Part shown: positions 10,146 to 20,073 of the stretch, piece after piece | Layout: each line of letters starts with the position of its first letter | Position numbering within the stretch: position 1 is the first letter of the stretch | From: a virus | Direction: 5' to 3' (one strand) | IMG/VR virus record: IMGVR_UViG_3300050343_000285 | Coordinates: 96,001-160,000 of that record | Length of the DNA stretch: 64,000 nucleotides | Program-made: the position numbers and the translations under genes | The notes under the pieces: model-generated | The model's input: the letters and a program-made list of their open reading frames with translations, nothing else | Told to the model about the DNA's origin: nothing | The model's database searches: none

Positions 10146-10814
10146 CTATATTTTTAAATTTTGGATACAACTATAGCTACTAACAATTTCAGACAGCTGC
10201 TCGGTGATCAGATCTATAGTGAACTCCCTGTAAGCATTCTAGCATAACCGCTACTTGGTCTGCTAATAAAAATAAATCTCTCTTATGGTCAGGGATATAA
10301 CTCTGCACACACATGCTGCTAAAAGAGCAGCATACATCGTATGTCCACTGGGGTATGAGGCTGTATGATGTGTTTTAGTAATAATTCGATCAATATCAAT
10401 ATCTAATTTTTCTGCTAATTGAAAAGGTCTAGCTCTATTATAAAAAAGCTTTAAATGATTAATTATATGTAATACTGAAAATCTATATATATTATGAAAA
10501 AGATTTTCTGAAAAATTAATAGATAGATCCTCAGAGAGTTCTCTAAAAAGTATTAAAGGATCGGTATCTACTGTATAAATTAAATGTAAATCAGCTTGGG
10601 ATCTGTTATGAGTTGATGTAGAGATTGATTCTAATTCAGCTAGCGTATTCTTACTAGAATTAGCATAGGGTTTATCTACTATTTTAAATAAATCTATACT
10701 TCCTAATTCTGGAAATTTAATTTTAGCATAAGGAGATTTATCATAGTCAAATGGATCTCTGTATGTAATATTATCCAGTTGTAGATTTTTTTGTATATCA
10801 GATATAATACGCAT
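10146..10814 (-). CDS. PAP2/vanadium haloperoxidase-superfamily phosphatase (C-terminus frameshifted)
   Basis: KLFYNRARP, YPSGH and, after the frameshift, GYARMLTGVHYRSD (all three PAP2 motifs); no obvious TM segments. Confidence 0.75.
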
Positions 10815-10815
10815 A

Positions 10816-11560
10816 TTACCAAGCCTTACAAGACCAGTACCTTGCCTTCCATTTTGGTCCAGGATTATCGCAATTATGTCTAGCTCTAAAACTTTTTCTT
10901 CTTTCTGGTATGTGTTTTTTAATTTTCATATTTGGATCACCAAACCTGACTATAACAACATTGCCTTTTTCGTTTTTTAGTATATACAGCAAATTTTTTA
11001 GGACCATCTGAAGTTCTGAATGGTTTATTCAGTTTTACTTTTCTACCTTTATACTCTGCTGCTCTAATGAGATATCTACCATTTTTTTTATAACTTCCGG
11101 GCCTGTCGTATACATATATTTCTCCGGTTTTAGGATCTTTATATTTGTATATCCTAGATTGGGCTTTTTTAATTTCTTCTGGACTTGGCCTATCTGGATC
11201 TCCAGGTTTGGCTGGTCTATATTTTTTTCCTTCTCTTTCTTTTTTCTTTCTGATATTTTCCCATAAGCCGGGTTTTGCTATAGATAAGTCTATTACTTCT
11301 TCTGTCTCTTCACAATGAATATAATCTTCAATATTTGGTTCTATATAATTGTGTTCATTTACAATCTCAGTATAACCATACATATCAAAATAATAATATT
11401 CTTGAGCACATGATAAAATATTATTTATAGATCCATTAGACATGCACATGCCTAATCTTTGTTTATTGTCTGGAAATTCTTTTTGAGACTTGGGATCAGA
11501 CATACATCTAGCAATAAATTTTTGCCTATCTTCGTCTTGTTCTCTTTTTGGTAAAGGCAT
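10816..11560 (-). CDS. Basic multi-module phage protein (probable head-associated), one frameshift
   Basis: A-run indel at ~10975 joins KKFAVYTK to NEKGNVVIVRFGDPNMKIK...SFRARHNC...KARYWSCKAW; N-terminal MPLP...FIARCMSD module. Confidence 0.65.
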
Positions 11561-11589
11561 GGTAACTCCTTGGACTTACAATAATGTAT

Positions 11590-11605
11590 ATATAGATTAT
11601 ACACC
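11590..11605 (-). promoter_or_regulatory. Recurrent phage promoter-like motif (GGTGTATAATCTATA)
   Basis: Intergenic motif upstream of the GGAG SD and ATG 11560. Confidence 0.6.
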
Positions 11606-11612
11606 AAATGGG

Positions 11613-12614
11613 CTACAGGCCCTCAAGAACTAGCATTTCATCTTCATTAATTATTTTGTTGTAAATTTGACCATTTTTTTTATATGTAAGGTAAAGTCTT
11701 TTAGGGAAGCCAGGACTAGGATCTCCGAATAAACTATTATCAACTACAAAATGTTTTAAATCTGTATGTTGCTTTAAAAAATTTAAACTTGAGGTAACAT
11801 CATTTAATTGACCAAATAAAGCATGATTAATATCTTGTTTTTTAATTTTATTCATAAAATATCTCTCTAGTATTCTAATGTCTTTAATGGGGTGGAAAAT
11901 ACCTTTTAATGATTCCTGTTTTTGTGCCAGATCTATTATATGAGATAGGCAATCACGAGCATCGTAAGTTATATATTTTTCTATTTTTACATCTCCAGTA
12001 TCAAAACTATCAACTTGAAAATCTAAATACTTTAAAATTGTAGCAAATTTAGTCTCTACATATATTTTATTAACTAAAGGTATTTTTTTACATTCTTCTA
12101 CGACTCTATGAACAGCATTGTCTGAAATCATTGTGCCACACAAAGGAGAGCAGGCAACAAAATTGTTCCACCCATAATGTTTATCTATTAATGGCTGATA
12201 TCTCTGAGCTTCAAACCACCAATATGATTCTTCATGGTTCGAAGCAAAGATAGTATTTGCAGATATTATACCATCATGATTTTGTATGACATTATTATCA
12301 ATATGTAAAGTCTCTTTAATACTGTTTGTAACATAGCAGTCGTATTCTAGTATTAAATATTGTTTTGCTCTTTTATCAGGATTAGATAAAAACCAATATA
12401 AAAAAATATTATCAGAACCCCAATACCAAACATCTCGACCACTCCATTGGCTAATATGCCTATAATCTAAAAAATCATAAAAATTATTTGCAAAATCATT
12501 TTGATGTATAGCGTATACCTTAGCTCCATCGCTATATTTTTGTATGGACTGATAATTTATATCAGTAAGTGGACATTTATTAGTATATATAAATATTATA
12601 GCAAGATCATCCAT
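11613..12614 (-). CDS. Putative glycosyltransferase with C-terminal DUF3395/lectin-like module
   Basis: LILEYDCYV (DxD-like); C-terminal HALFGQLNDVT...NSLFGDPSPGFPKRLYL. Confidence 0.5.
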   Translation of the reverse strand: MDDLAIIFIYTNKCPLTDINYQSIQKYSDGAKVYAIHQNDFANNFYDFLDYRHISQWSGRDVWYWGSDNIFLYWFLSNPDKRAKQYLILEYDCYVTNSIKETLHIDNNVIQNHDGIISANTIFASNHEESYWWFEAQRYQPLIDKHYGWNNFVACSPLCGTMISDNAVHRVVEECKKIPLVNKIYVETKFATILKYLDFQVDSFDTGDVKIEKYITYDARDCLSHIIDLAQKQESLKGIFHPIKDIRILERYFMNKIKKQDINHALFGQLNDVTSSLNFLKQHTDLKHFVVDNSLFGDPSPGFPKRLYLTYKKNGQIYNKIINEDEMLVLEGL

Positions 12615-13700
12615 ATAATGTCTCTATAATTTTATCAGTAGTTTTGGTCCAATTGAATTTTGAGGCTGTTTTCAAGCCAGCTTTATTTGTATTAATTTTA
12701 TTCGAATATACATATTTCATATAGTCTATGAAATTGTCTAAAAGGCCATCTAGAGAAGCCCATTGACCAGTACAATCGAAAAATTTACCATCGTCAGCTG
12801 ATTCTAAATTTTTAGCTTCTACGAGAAAACTATTAGATTTATCGCAGTACTCTGTATGCGCTGAATAGTTAGTCGTAATGACAGGTCTATCCATAGCCAT
12901 AGTTTCTATAACCTCGTTGTTCCAGCCTTCTGCTCTACTGGGATAGATACCACAATCAGACAGTTTGATAACTTTAGCAATATCTTTTTGAGTAGGTAGT
13001 CTAGGTAAAATTTTAATTTTATCTCCCAGCTTACTATTTTTATATAAATTATTCCACTGTTGATTTTCTTTACTGATAAAAATGGATTAGAATTTAACAT
13101 CCATAATTCAACATTATCTTTTTCGGTAAAAGCTTGATTGAACATATGTACCAGTAAGTCGTGTCCTTTTCTAATCTCCCATTTACCTATATTTAGAAAT
13201 ATATAAGTGCCTTCTTCTTTATCTTCTAATAAATCATTATATGAACTATAGTCAAAAACTTCAATATCCACACCAGCAGGAGCAACAATAATTTTATTAT
13301 GATCAATACCATTATCTATCAATATATTTTTTGCCCATTTAGATGGTACATAAATAATATCTAGTATATCATAACCCAATCTTTCTTGTTGTGTAATTTT
13401 ATCTATTTCGAAAAACGTATAACCAGCGTATAGATTTTTATTGTATGGCTTAATAATCATGTCATTAGCGTGCCATACTTTTAAGCAAGGTGATGTAATA
13501 TCATAATCAAGTTGATTTTTAATATCATCTACTAAACCCTTTTGATTCCAATGTTTTTCTATGGTTACTTCGTTTATAGGAAATAAAGTGGTAGATACGC
13601 TTTCTCTTAAATTTTTCCATAAGTTATAAGAACTAATACCATATCCTAAAGTGTTTATTGGTCCGTAAAAATTTAATTTTTTATTTATCATATTTTTCAT
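12607..13700 (-). CDS. GT4-family (GT-B) glycosyltransferase, frameshifted
   Basis: FLNIGKWEIRKG and PSRAEGW..E...MAMDRPVITTNYSAH motifs across frames. Confidence 0.8.
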
Positions 13701-14823
13701 AGATCCTGTTATGTGTATTATTCACTCTAATAAAAATAGTTTTTTTACTAAAATCTTTAATTGATTTGGCTCCAATATAGGTACAAGCACTTCTAATACC
13801 GCCTAATATATCTTGCATAATATTTTGGGTAGTTCCTTTATAAGGTATTCTTACGCATCTTCCTTCGCTAGTTCGATAATTTGCTACTCCTCCATCATGT
13901 TTAGACATAGCTTCTTTGCTGCTCATTCCATAAAATTTTAAATATACTTTCCTTTTTTCTGTTGGATACTGAGGATCAAAAGGCTGCCACCATTCTTTAT
14001 TACGGGTTTCATCCTCGCCTAAAGTTTTACATCTCCATTCATATTCCCATTCGCCATCACAACAATCTGTTCCAGCCAACATACCTCCCAGCATTACAAA
14101 ATCCGCATTCCCCCCAAAAGCTTTACAAATATCAGCTGGTATTACACATCCTCCGTCACTACATATATGACCTCCTAAACCATGAGCAGCATCTCCACAT
14201 TCCATAATTGCAGAAAGTTGAGGATATCCTATTCCTGTTTTAAGTCTTGTGGTACAAACACTACCTGAACCAATTCCTATCTTAACTATATCTACACCAC
14301 CACGCAATATAAGTTCTTCTGTCATCTCTGGAGTTACAACATTCCCTGCAATAATAATTATTTCTGGGTACATTTTACGTATAGTATATGCCTTATTGAC
14401 AAAATTTTCGCTATAACCATTAGCAATATCTATACAAATATTGGGTATATTTTTATTATTTTCTTTTAATTGATTATAAACATATTTTATTTTATCTATA
14501 TCTTTTTGTGAGGTGCCAATGGAACAAAAAACTAAATGCAAAATATTTTGATTATTTTCAAAAAAATTAATTAACTGGTTAGCTGTATAATGCTTATGCA
14601 GGCAGGTGATCGCTTGGAATTTAGATAAGCATTTGGCCATTTCGAATGATCCAGTAGTATCCATATTAGCAGCCATGATTGGAGAGCAAGAAAGTTTTCT
14701 GCTCGCATGAGGAAAGCTAAATTCTCTAATCGTATCAACTTCAGACCTGCTACTTAAGTTTGATCTTCTTGGTCTAATTAGAACATCGTTAAAATCTAAT
14801 TTGATATCATCTATAATTTTCAT
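13681..14823 (-). CDS. guaC: GMP reductase
   Basis: LDFNDVLIRP, IMAANMD, DIANGYS, KIGIGSGSVCTTRLKTGIGYPQLSA, FYGMSS, EGR, GGIRSACTY. Confidence 0.93.
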   Translation of the reverse strand: MKIIDDIKLDFNDVLIRPRRSNLSSRSEVDTIREFSFPHASRKLSCSPIMAANMDTTGSFEMAKCLSKFQAITCLHKHYTANQLINFFENNQNILHLVFCSIGTSQKDIDKIKYVYNQLKENNKNIPNICIDIANGYSENFVNKAYTIRKMYPEIIIIAGNVVTPEMTEELILRGGVDIVKIGIGSGSVCTTRLKTGIGYPQLSAIMECGDAAHGLGGHICSDGGCVIPADICKAFGGNADFVMLGGMLAGTDCCDGEWEYEWRCKTLGEDETRNKEWWQPFDPQYPTEKRKVYLKFYGMSSKEAMSKHDGGVANYRTSEGRCVRIPYKGTTQNIMQDILGGIRSACTYIGAKSIKDFSKKTIFIRVNNTHNRIYEKYDK

Positions 14824-15656
14824 TAATCAACCAACATTATTTGGCTAGGATTATAAAAAAGTTTAAAGTCATTATGTTTTTGTTTTAGTGCTTTATGAAG
14901 TGTTACATGTTCACAGTCTTCACCAGAATATAAAGGCTCATAAAATTTAGACCTATATATACATGAGCCGCCAAAGCCGCTGAAAGTAGAGATAGGGCAA
15001 GAGCCTATAGGTAATTGCCAAAACGGAAACCAGTATGAATTGTCTTGTGGGAGCCAATAATTTTGTCTAAAAGCGAAAGAATCATAATTGTGATAGCGAT
15101 CATATTGCTTATTGCTCACATTAATGTAAGAGTTTCCACAGATAGCGCCAATATTATTATTGGTTGACAACCATCCAAAAGAATTCATAATACCTTCTAT
15201 ACTGAAATCTAGAAAATCAATATCTATAACTAAGAAAAAATCTGTAGCATGCTTATTAGTAACCATAGAATAACATTTATTCCTAGCGTTAGCCATATTA
15301 GTTGTTCTAATTTGACTTGTAGACAAAGGCATACTTGGGGTACCAATTTTTTCTGATAAAATACTGAAATTTTCATAACCTGGTCTATCAATTATCTCAT
15401 TAATAACTTGCGGAGTTTGGTCTAAGGAATCATTCTCATAAATATAAATATGCGATTCTTCATTAAATTTTTCTTTAAGTAATCTTAATTTGCGTAAACT
15501 ATATTTAGTTTTATCTTGTATGTTTCTAGCTAAAGCAAGTATAGATATGTTTTGCTTTTTAGCAAAAGCTTGTCCGGACTGCAATAATTCTTGATATATA
15601 TCTAAGAATTCTACATCTACCGGGAATATCTCATTTATATCACGGATTATATTCAT
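14823..15656 (-). CDS. GT-A glycosyltransferase (CAP59/GT69-like)
   Basis: YIYENDS, MANARN, VIDID, YDSFAFR, SGFGG, CEHV pattern. Confidence 0.6.
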   Translation of the reverse strand: MNIIRDINEIFPVDVEFLDIYQELLQSGQAFAKKQNISILALARNIQDKTKYSLRKLRLLKEKFNEESHIYIYENDSLDQTPQVINEIIDRPGYENFSILSEKIGTPSMPLSTSQIRTTNMANARNKCYSMVTNKHATDFFLVIDIDFLDFSIEGIMNSFGWLSTNNNIGAICGNSYINVSNKQYDRYHNYDSFAFRQNYWLPQDNSYWFPFWQLPIGSCPISTFSGFGGSCIYRSKFYEPLYSGEDCEHVTLHKALKQKHNDFKLFYNPSQIMLVD

Positions 15657-15658
15657 TT

Positions 15659-16198
15659 CTAAACCTTAAAAAAATACCATCTATTGTAAGTGTTAATGTT
15701 CTCAGAGCTATTAATGTGTTCTAAATATCCATAAATATCATTCCAATCTGAATATATCATTTGGTGTGGTACAGTTCCGAACAGCCAATCAGGAGTATGT
15801 TCTTTACCTTGTGCCATATGAATTATAATAGGCTTTTTTTGCCTATTAGCCCAAAAAATTTCTTCATAAGTACCACAAGGATGTATTCCTAAGTCTAAAT
15901 TAACTATTAAAAAATCACTAATATCAACAAGTCTTAAATCTACCGATCTAATAACTTTCATCATAGAGCTTAGCTCTTCGTATCTTTTTTTCTTTTTGAG
16001 TTTTGTTTTTACTAAGTGTGTATCATCATCCTCAAGACCAATTGCTGTAGGTTTAGTGATAGGATTAAATACTACTATACCTAAAGATTCTAAGAATGGA
16101 GTTATCTCTTGTCTCCATCCCCTGCCTCTGTCTATAACGCGATCCATTGCTCCTGCTAAATAACATCTTTGATTAAGTAATCTATTCGATTGATTCAT
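15659..16198 (-). CDS. Nucleoside 2-deoxyribosyltransferase-like protein
   Basis: YLAGAMD, WRQ, VFNP, DLRLVDISD, GTYEE, KPI motifs. Confidence 0.75.
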   Translation of the reverse strand: MNQSNRLLNQRCYLAGAMDRVIDRGRGWRQEITPFLESLGIVVFNPITKPTAIGLEDDDTHLVKTKLKKKKRYEELSSMMKVIRSVDLRLVDISDFLIVNLDLGIHPCGTYEEIFWANRQKKPIIIHMAQGKEHTPDWLFGTVPHQMIYSDWNDIYGYLEHINSSENINTYNRWYFFKV

Positions 16199-16288
16199 AG
16201 TAAGCTCTTGATTTATTTTTATGAATTCCGTCTTGAATACCTATATATATAACATATAACAATAAAAATATTTGAATAATTGATAACA

Positions 16289-16807
16289 TTAAATAATTCC
16301 AAATTTGTGATTTTGATTAACGATAATACTAAAAATGTTTTCTATGTTATAATTAATGCAATTAGAGACTATGCAGTTCTGATCATCAGAAGACCACTCT
16401 TTGCTTATATATATCATATCATTGTGTCCTATATCTGCAATATATTTAGAAACATTATTATATGAAGAAGATATATAATTAGCTATAAAATTTTTAGACC
16501 AATCATCAGAAGATATACAGAAGGGAATTAACTGCAAAGGCAAATCTAAATATGCTGGTAAAATTAACTTAATGCCTGCCTGTATTTTATCTGCTATAAA
16601 AGATCTAATATTTGCAGTGGTAAAGTAGCAAAAATCATTAATTCCTATAATAAATTTAGAGTGCTCTAGTATAGAATTGAGGCTGTGAGTTCTGTTTGCA
16701 ATATATTCCATACTATTGCTTAAAGCCGCATAAGAATGATTAGATATACAAGCCTCCATAAAGCTTTCTATTCTAAAAAGATTTTTCATAGATATGGTTT
16801 CATTCAT
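16289..16807 (-). CDS. Hypothetical protein
   Basis: 172-aa ORF with overlapping start/stop context. Confidence 0.55.
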   Translation of the reverse strand: MNETISMKNLFRIESFMEACISNHSYAALSNSMEYIANRTHSLNSILEHSKFIIGINDFCYFTTANIRSFIADKIQAGIKLILPAYLDLPLQLIPFCISSDDWSKNFIANYISSSYNNVSKYIADIGHNDMIYISKEWSSDDQNCIVSNCINYNIENIFSIIVNQNHKFGII

Positions 16808-17189
16808 TAGGGATCTCTATAGTAAAATCTATATCTTTTAGAGTAGTTATTTTTTCTTTAGGGGTTTGCTGTATTTGAACAATAGAGCATAAAATATCTT
16901 GATATATATTATGAATGTCTAGTCTAATCTTATCTTTTTCTTCTTTTGTATAACCATAATTAAAATCAGTTTCTTTAGTGATTACATCCTCTTGAGTATC
17001 TGTAAAACCAAAATAATATTTAGAGAGTATATTGTCTAATTTGACTTCTTCTATATTCATATCTTTAATATCATTAAAAATATTTATTATTTCTTTAACA
17101 TTCGATATGCTTTGAGAAGATTCTGTCTCTTTATATTTAAATAAAAATCTATTTTTAAGCCATTCAATTTTTTCAATTATAAGATTCAT
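16800..17189 (-). CDS. Hypothetical protein
   Basis: 129-aa ORF in operon context. Confidence 0.55.
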   Translation of the reverse strand: MNLIIEKIEWLKNRFLFKYKETESSQSISNVKEIINIFNDIKDMNIEEVKLDNILSKYYFGFTDTQEDVITKETDFNYGYTKEEKDKIRLDIHNIYQDILCSIVQIQQTPKEKITTLKDIDFTIEIPNE

Positions 17190-17727
17190 AAATATATGTA
17201 TGTTGGGGTTTTCTGATAGTATCCATTATTAATTCGTATACAAAAGACCAATTAGCACCGGTCACGTTTCCATGAAATTTAGGAGACATAATTTTGATTG
17301 ATAAATCATTCTCTGACATATATTGCTTAACATAACTTTGTACTTTAGCCAAGCATAATCCCAAAAAACAATAATTAATAGGTCTAGGATTTGTAGATGA
17401 CATTATACCTGTTTGGCATATCATATTAGCTACAATAATTTCATTTTTGTATTTTTTGTCTATAGCGACTTTGACAAACTGAGTATGCCCTAGCGATGTT
17501 CTTAATTTTGTTGAACCAATTAAATGATAATTCTCTTTTGCTATAGGAAAATGTTGCGAAATAACTTTATTAAAACCAGCTCCATAAGTATTCATATTGT
17601 TGCATATATTTAACACTAACACTGAATTGTTGGAGTTTAACAGAGTTTCTTTAGCATCACTTATTAAGTCATATTTTTTGTTAATAATCGATATATTGTG
17701 ATGTACTTTATCTTTAATTGCAGACAT
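17173..17727 (-). CDS. Macro domain protein (ADP-ribose processing, Poa1p/OARD1-like)
   Basis: NICNN...YGAGF, LG, IVANMICQ, PKF..G..GANW pattern. Confidence 0.7.
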   Translation of the reverse strand: MSAIKDKVHHNISIINKKYDLISDAKETLLNSNNSVLVLNICNNMNTYGAGFNKVISQHFPIAKENYHLIGSTKLRTSLGHTQFVKVAIDKKYKNEIIVANMICQTGIMSSTNPRPINYCFLGLCLAKVQSYVKQYMSENDLSIKIMSPKFHGNVTGANWSFVYELIMDTIRKPQHTYIYESYN

Positions 17728-17789
17728 ATGTCAACTCCATATCTGTTGTTTTCTTTATAATAACAGATAGAGAGCAATGAGTCAAATGA

Positions 17790-18044
17790 TTATTCTTTAG
17801 CTAGCCATTTTTTTAAAGGGCATTCTTGATCTGCCCAGGCTAATTTATTCATAAATTCTTTACGATTACTTAAATTGCAACCGCAAATATTACATATAGA
17901 TTTCTTTTTATTAAATTCTTCACAATTAGTGCAAGTGTTATACCTTTCTAAAATTTCTTCTGTATTACATGTAGGAAATCCCTCTATACAGTGCCAGAAA
18001 AAAGCGTAGAAAAACCTTAAAACTTTTTTAATCCATTTTATCAT
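17790..18044 (-). CDS. Small Cys-rich zinc-binding protein (DUF6171-like)
   Basis: RYNTCTNC, CNICGC, K..W..QECPLKKW. Confidence 0.6.
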   Translation of the reverse strand: MIKWIKKVLRFFYAFFWHCIEGFPTCNTEEILERYNTCTNCEEFNKKKSICNICGCNLSNRKEFMNKLAWADQECPLKKWLAKE

Positions 18045-18980
18045 TTATGTCTTTCTCATAAGCTTATTATTCATAATTATATATTCTATTAATGGTTTAT
18101 CCTCAAGATGCAACCATTGAATTTTTAAATTATTTTGTTGATTATCTATAAGATTTCCGTATATGTTTAAATCTTCTTTTAAATAACAAAAATTATTATA
18201 CATAATTACTAGATGTAATCTTTTATATTGTTCATTAAAAATAGGTATAGTTTTGCAAATATTGCCATGTATTTTTAGATTTTCATTTTGTATTAGATAT
18301 CCGAAAATTCTTTCAAGAGAATGACAATAGGTACCTGTATTAGAATTACCATCATGTACTTTTCCAATCTCATTGCTGAGTAGTATATCTAGAGTATCTA
18401 TTTTATCATTAAAATATTTTTGAAATATTTTTGTTTTTGACATAAACATAGACCCAGCGCTGAATAAACCTTTTTTTGTTTTATCATAATCTATATTTAG
18501 TAAACTACATAAATAGTTTATTTTATTAGAATTATTACCTTCTTTATTTTTTAGTTTTAAAAAGCTGTGAGAAATCATTCCAATATGTTTATTTTTTAAA
18601 ATTTTTAAATTATTATCAAAATTAAAGAGACTGCCGATATAAGTGTCAATCAGCACACTCCCCCAATCAACATGGAAGCTACCTCCCCATTTAGATTCTT
18701 TAGAGTGTAATTTAATAAAATATGGATAATCTTCATGGTTTATTTTAGAAATTTGATGTATAAAAGGAGCTATATCTACTCCATAGTTTGGATGAAAATT
18801 TATATTTTTAATTCTATTAGAATATTGATTAATAAAATTTAGTAAAGATGTACTATTTCTATTATGTTCTCCTATAGATAAATCAACATCTAAATATTTT
18901 ATATGATTTAATAATTTAGATATTTCTTCTAATCTATTTAATGAGTATAGAGAAAGTAAAAGAATGCATTTATGTTTCAT
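18045..18980 (-). CDS. Rhamnan synthesis F (RgpF)-like glycosyltransferase
   Basis: NYGVDIAPF, IKLHSK, AGSMF, HSLERIFG motifs. Confidence 0.75.
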   Translation of the reverse strand: MKHKCILLLSLYSLNRLEEISKLLNHIKYLDVDLSIGEHNRNSTSLLNFINQYSNRIKNINFHPNYGVDIAPFIHQISKINHEDYPYFIKLHSKESKWGGSFHVDWGSVLIDTYIGSLFNFDNNLKILKNKHIGMISHSFLKLKNKEGNNSNKINYLCSLLNIDYDKTKKGLFSAGSMFMSKTKIFQKYFNDKIDTLDILLSNEIGKVHDGNSNTGTYCHSLERIFGYLIQNENLKIHGNICKTIPIFNEQYKRLHLVIMYNNFCYLKEDLNIYGNLIDNQQNNLKIQWLHLEDKPLIEYIIMNNKLMRKT

Positions 18981-20061
18981 ATTTACTCATCGCAGAGCCT
19001 ATAATTTGATGCATATCATAATATTTATATTCTGCTAATCTACCACCAAATAGATATTTGGATGATAAGTTTTTAGTTTCATTTTTATACTTGTCATACA
19101 GGTCGTTGTTCACTTTATTATTTATAGGATAGTATTTTTCGGTTTTTTTATTAAAGTCTTGAGGATACTCTTTGGTGATTACAGTATCTTTTTGTTTACC
19201 AAAATTAAAATGTTTATGCTCTATAATTCTTGTGTACGGAACGTCATAATCTGTATAATTAATAATAGCGTTACCTTGATAATCAAGAGTGTCGGTTAAT
19301 ACTTCATGCTGAAATTTCAAACTTCTATAATCTAAAGTGCCATATTTTTGATTGAAAAAATCATCTATCGCACCTGTGTATACAATCTTTTTAGCTAAAC
19401 TATCCCAATAATCTCTTTTAGCAAAATAATCTGTATTCAATACAACTTCTGTTTTTTCTATCATATTAGACATCATGCTTGAATAACCATTTTCTGGAAT
19501 ACCTTGATATTTATCAAAATAATAATTATCATTAAAATTCAATCTTATAGGCAATCTTCTGATAATAAATGTTGGTAAATTTTTAGGCTCAGTACCCCAT
19601 TGCTTCTTTGTGTATCCATATATAAATGTATAATATATTTCTTCTCCTACTTGAGACAGAATCCACTCTTCTAAATTTGTAGGTTTAGTAATATTAAGTT
19701 TTTCTTTTTCTAATTTATCCGAAGCTTCTTTGGGCGTGTTAACTCCCCATAGCTGTTGTAATGTCATTAGGTTTATAGGAAAAGAATATAGAGTATCCCC
19801 ATAATTAACTTTAGGACTGTTTATATAACTATTAAATTCACTAAATTGATTTACGTATTTCCATATTTTATTAGAATTAGTGTGAAAAATATGTGGACCA
19901 TATTGATGAACATCTATTTCATGTTGTTTTTTTGTGTAACAATTACCAAAAGGATGTTCTCTTTTTTCTATAATTAAACATCTTTTATTATCTGCATTGG
20001 CTAAATTTGCAAAAGTAGAGCCGAATAAGCCAGACCCAACTATTAAGTAATCGTATCGCAT
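18970..20061 (-). CDS. glf: UDP-galactopyranose mutase
   Basis: IVGSGLFG FAD motif, GNCY, HQYGPHIFHT, YTKKQWG, YQGIP, TRIIEHKHF, GRLAEYKYYDM. Confidence 0.95.
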   Translation of the reverse strand: MRYDYLIVGSGLFGSTFANLANADNKRCLIIEKREHPFGNCYTKKQHEIDVHQYGPHIFHTNSNKIWKYVNQFSEFNSYINSPKVNYGDTLYSFPINLMTLQQLWGVNTPKEASDKLEKEKLNITKPTNLEEWILSQVGEEIYYTFIYGYTKKQWGTEPKNLPTFIIRRLPIRLNFNDNYYFDKYQGIPENGYSSMMSNMIEKTEVVLNTDYFAKRDYWDSLAKKIVYTGAIDDFFNQKYGTLDYRSLKFQHEVLTDTLDYQGNAIINYTDYDVPYTRIIEHKHFNFGKQKDTVITKEYPQDFNKKTEKYYPINNKVNNDLYDKYKNETKNLSSKYLFGGRLAEYKYYDMHQIIGSAMSKYET

Positions 20062-20073
20062 AGTTTTAAGTCC

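Noticed and set aside
6060-10260. Possible stop-codon reassignment (TAG/TGA recoding) explaining broken genes
   Set aside because: Breaks are frame shifts rather than in-frame stops. TAA, TAG and TGA all terminate intact genes, and a 2607-codon ORF is open in the standard code.
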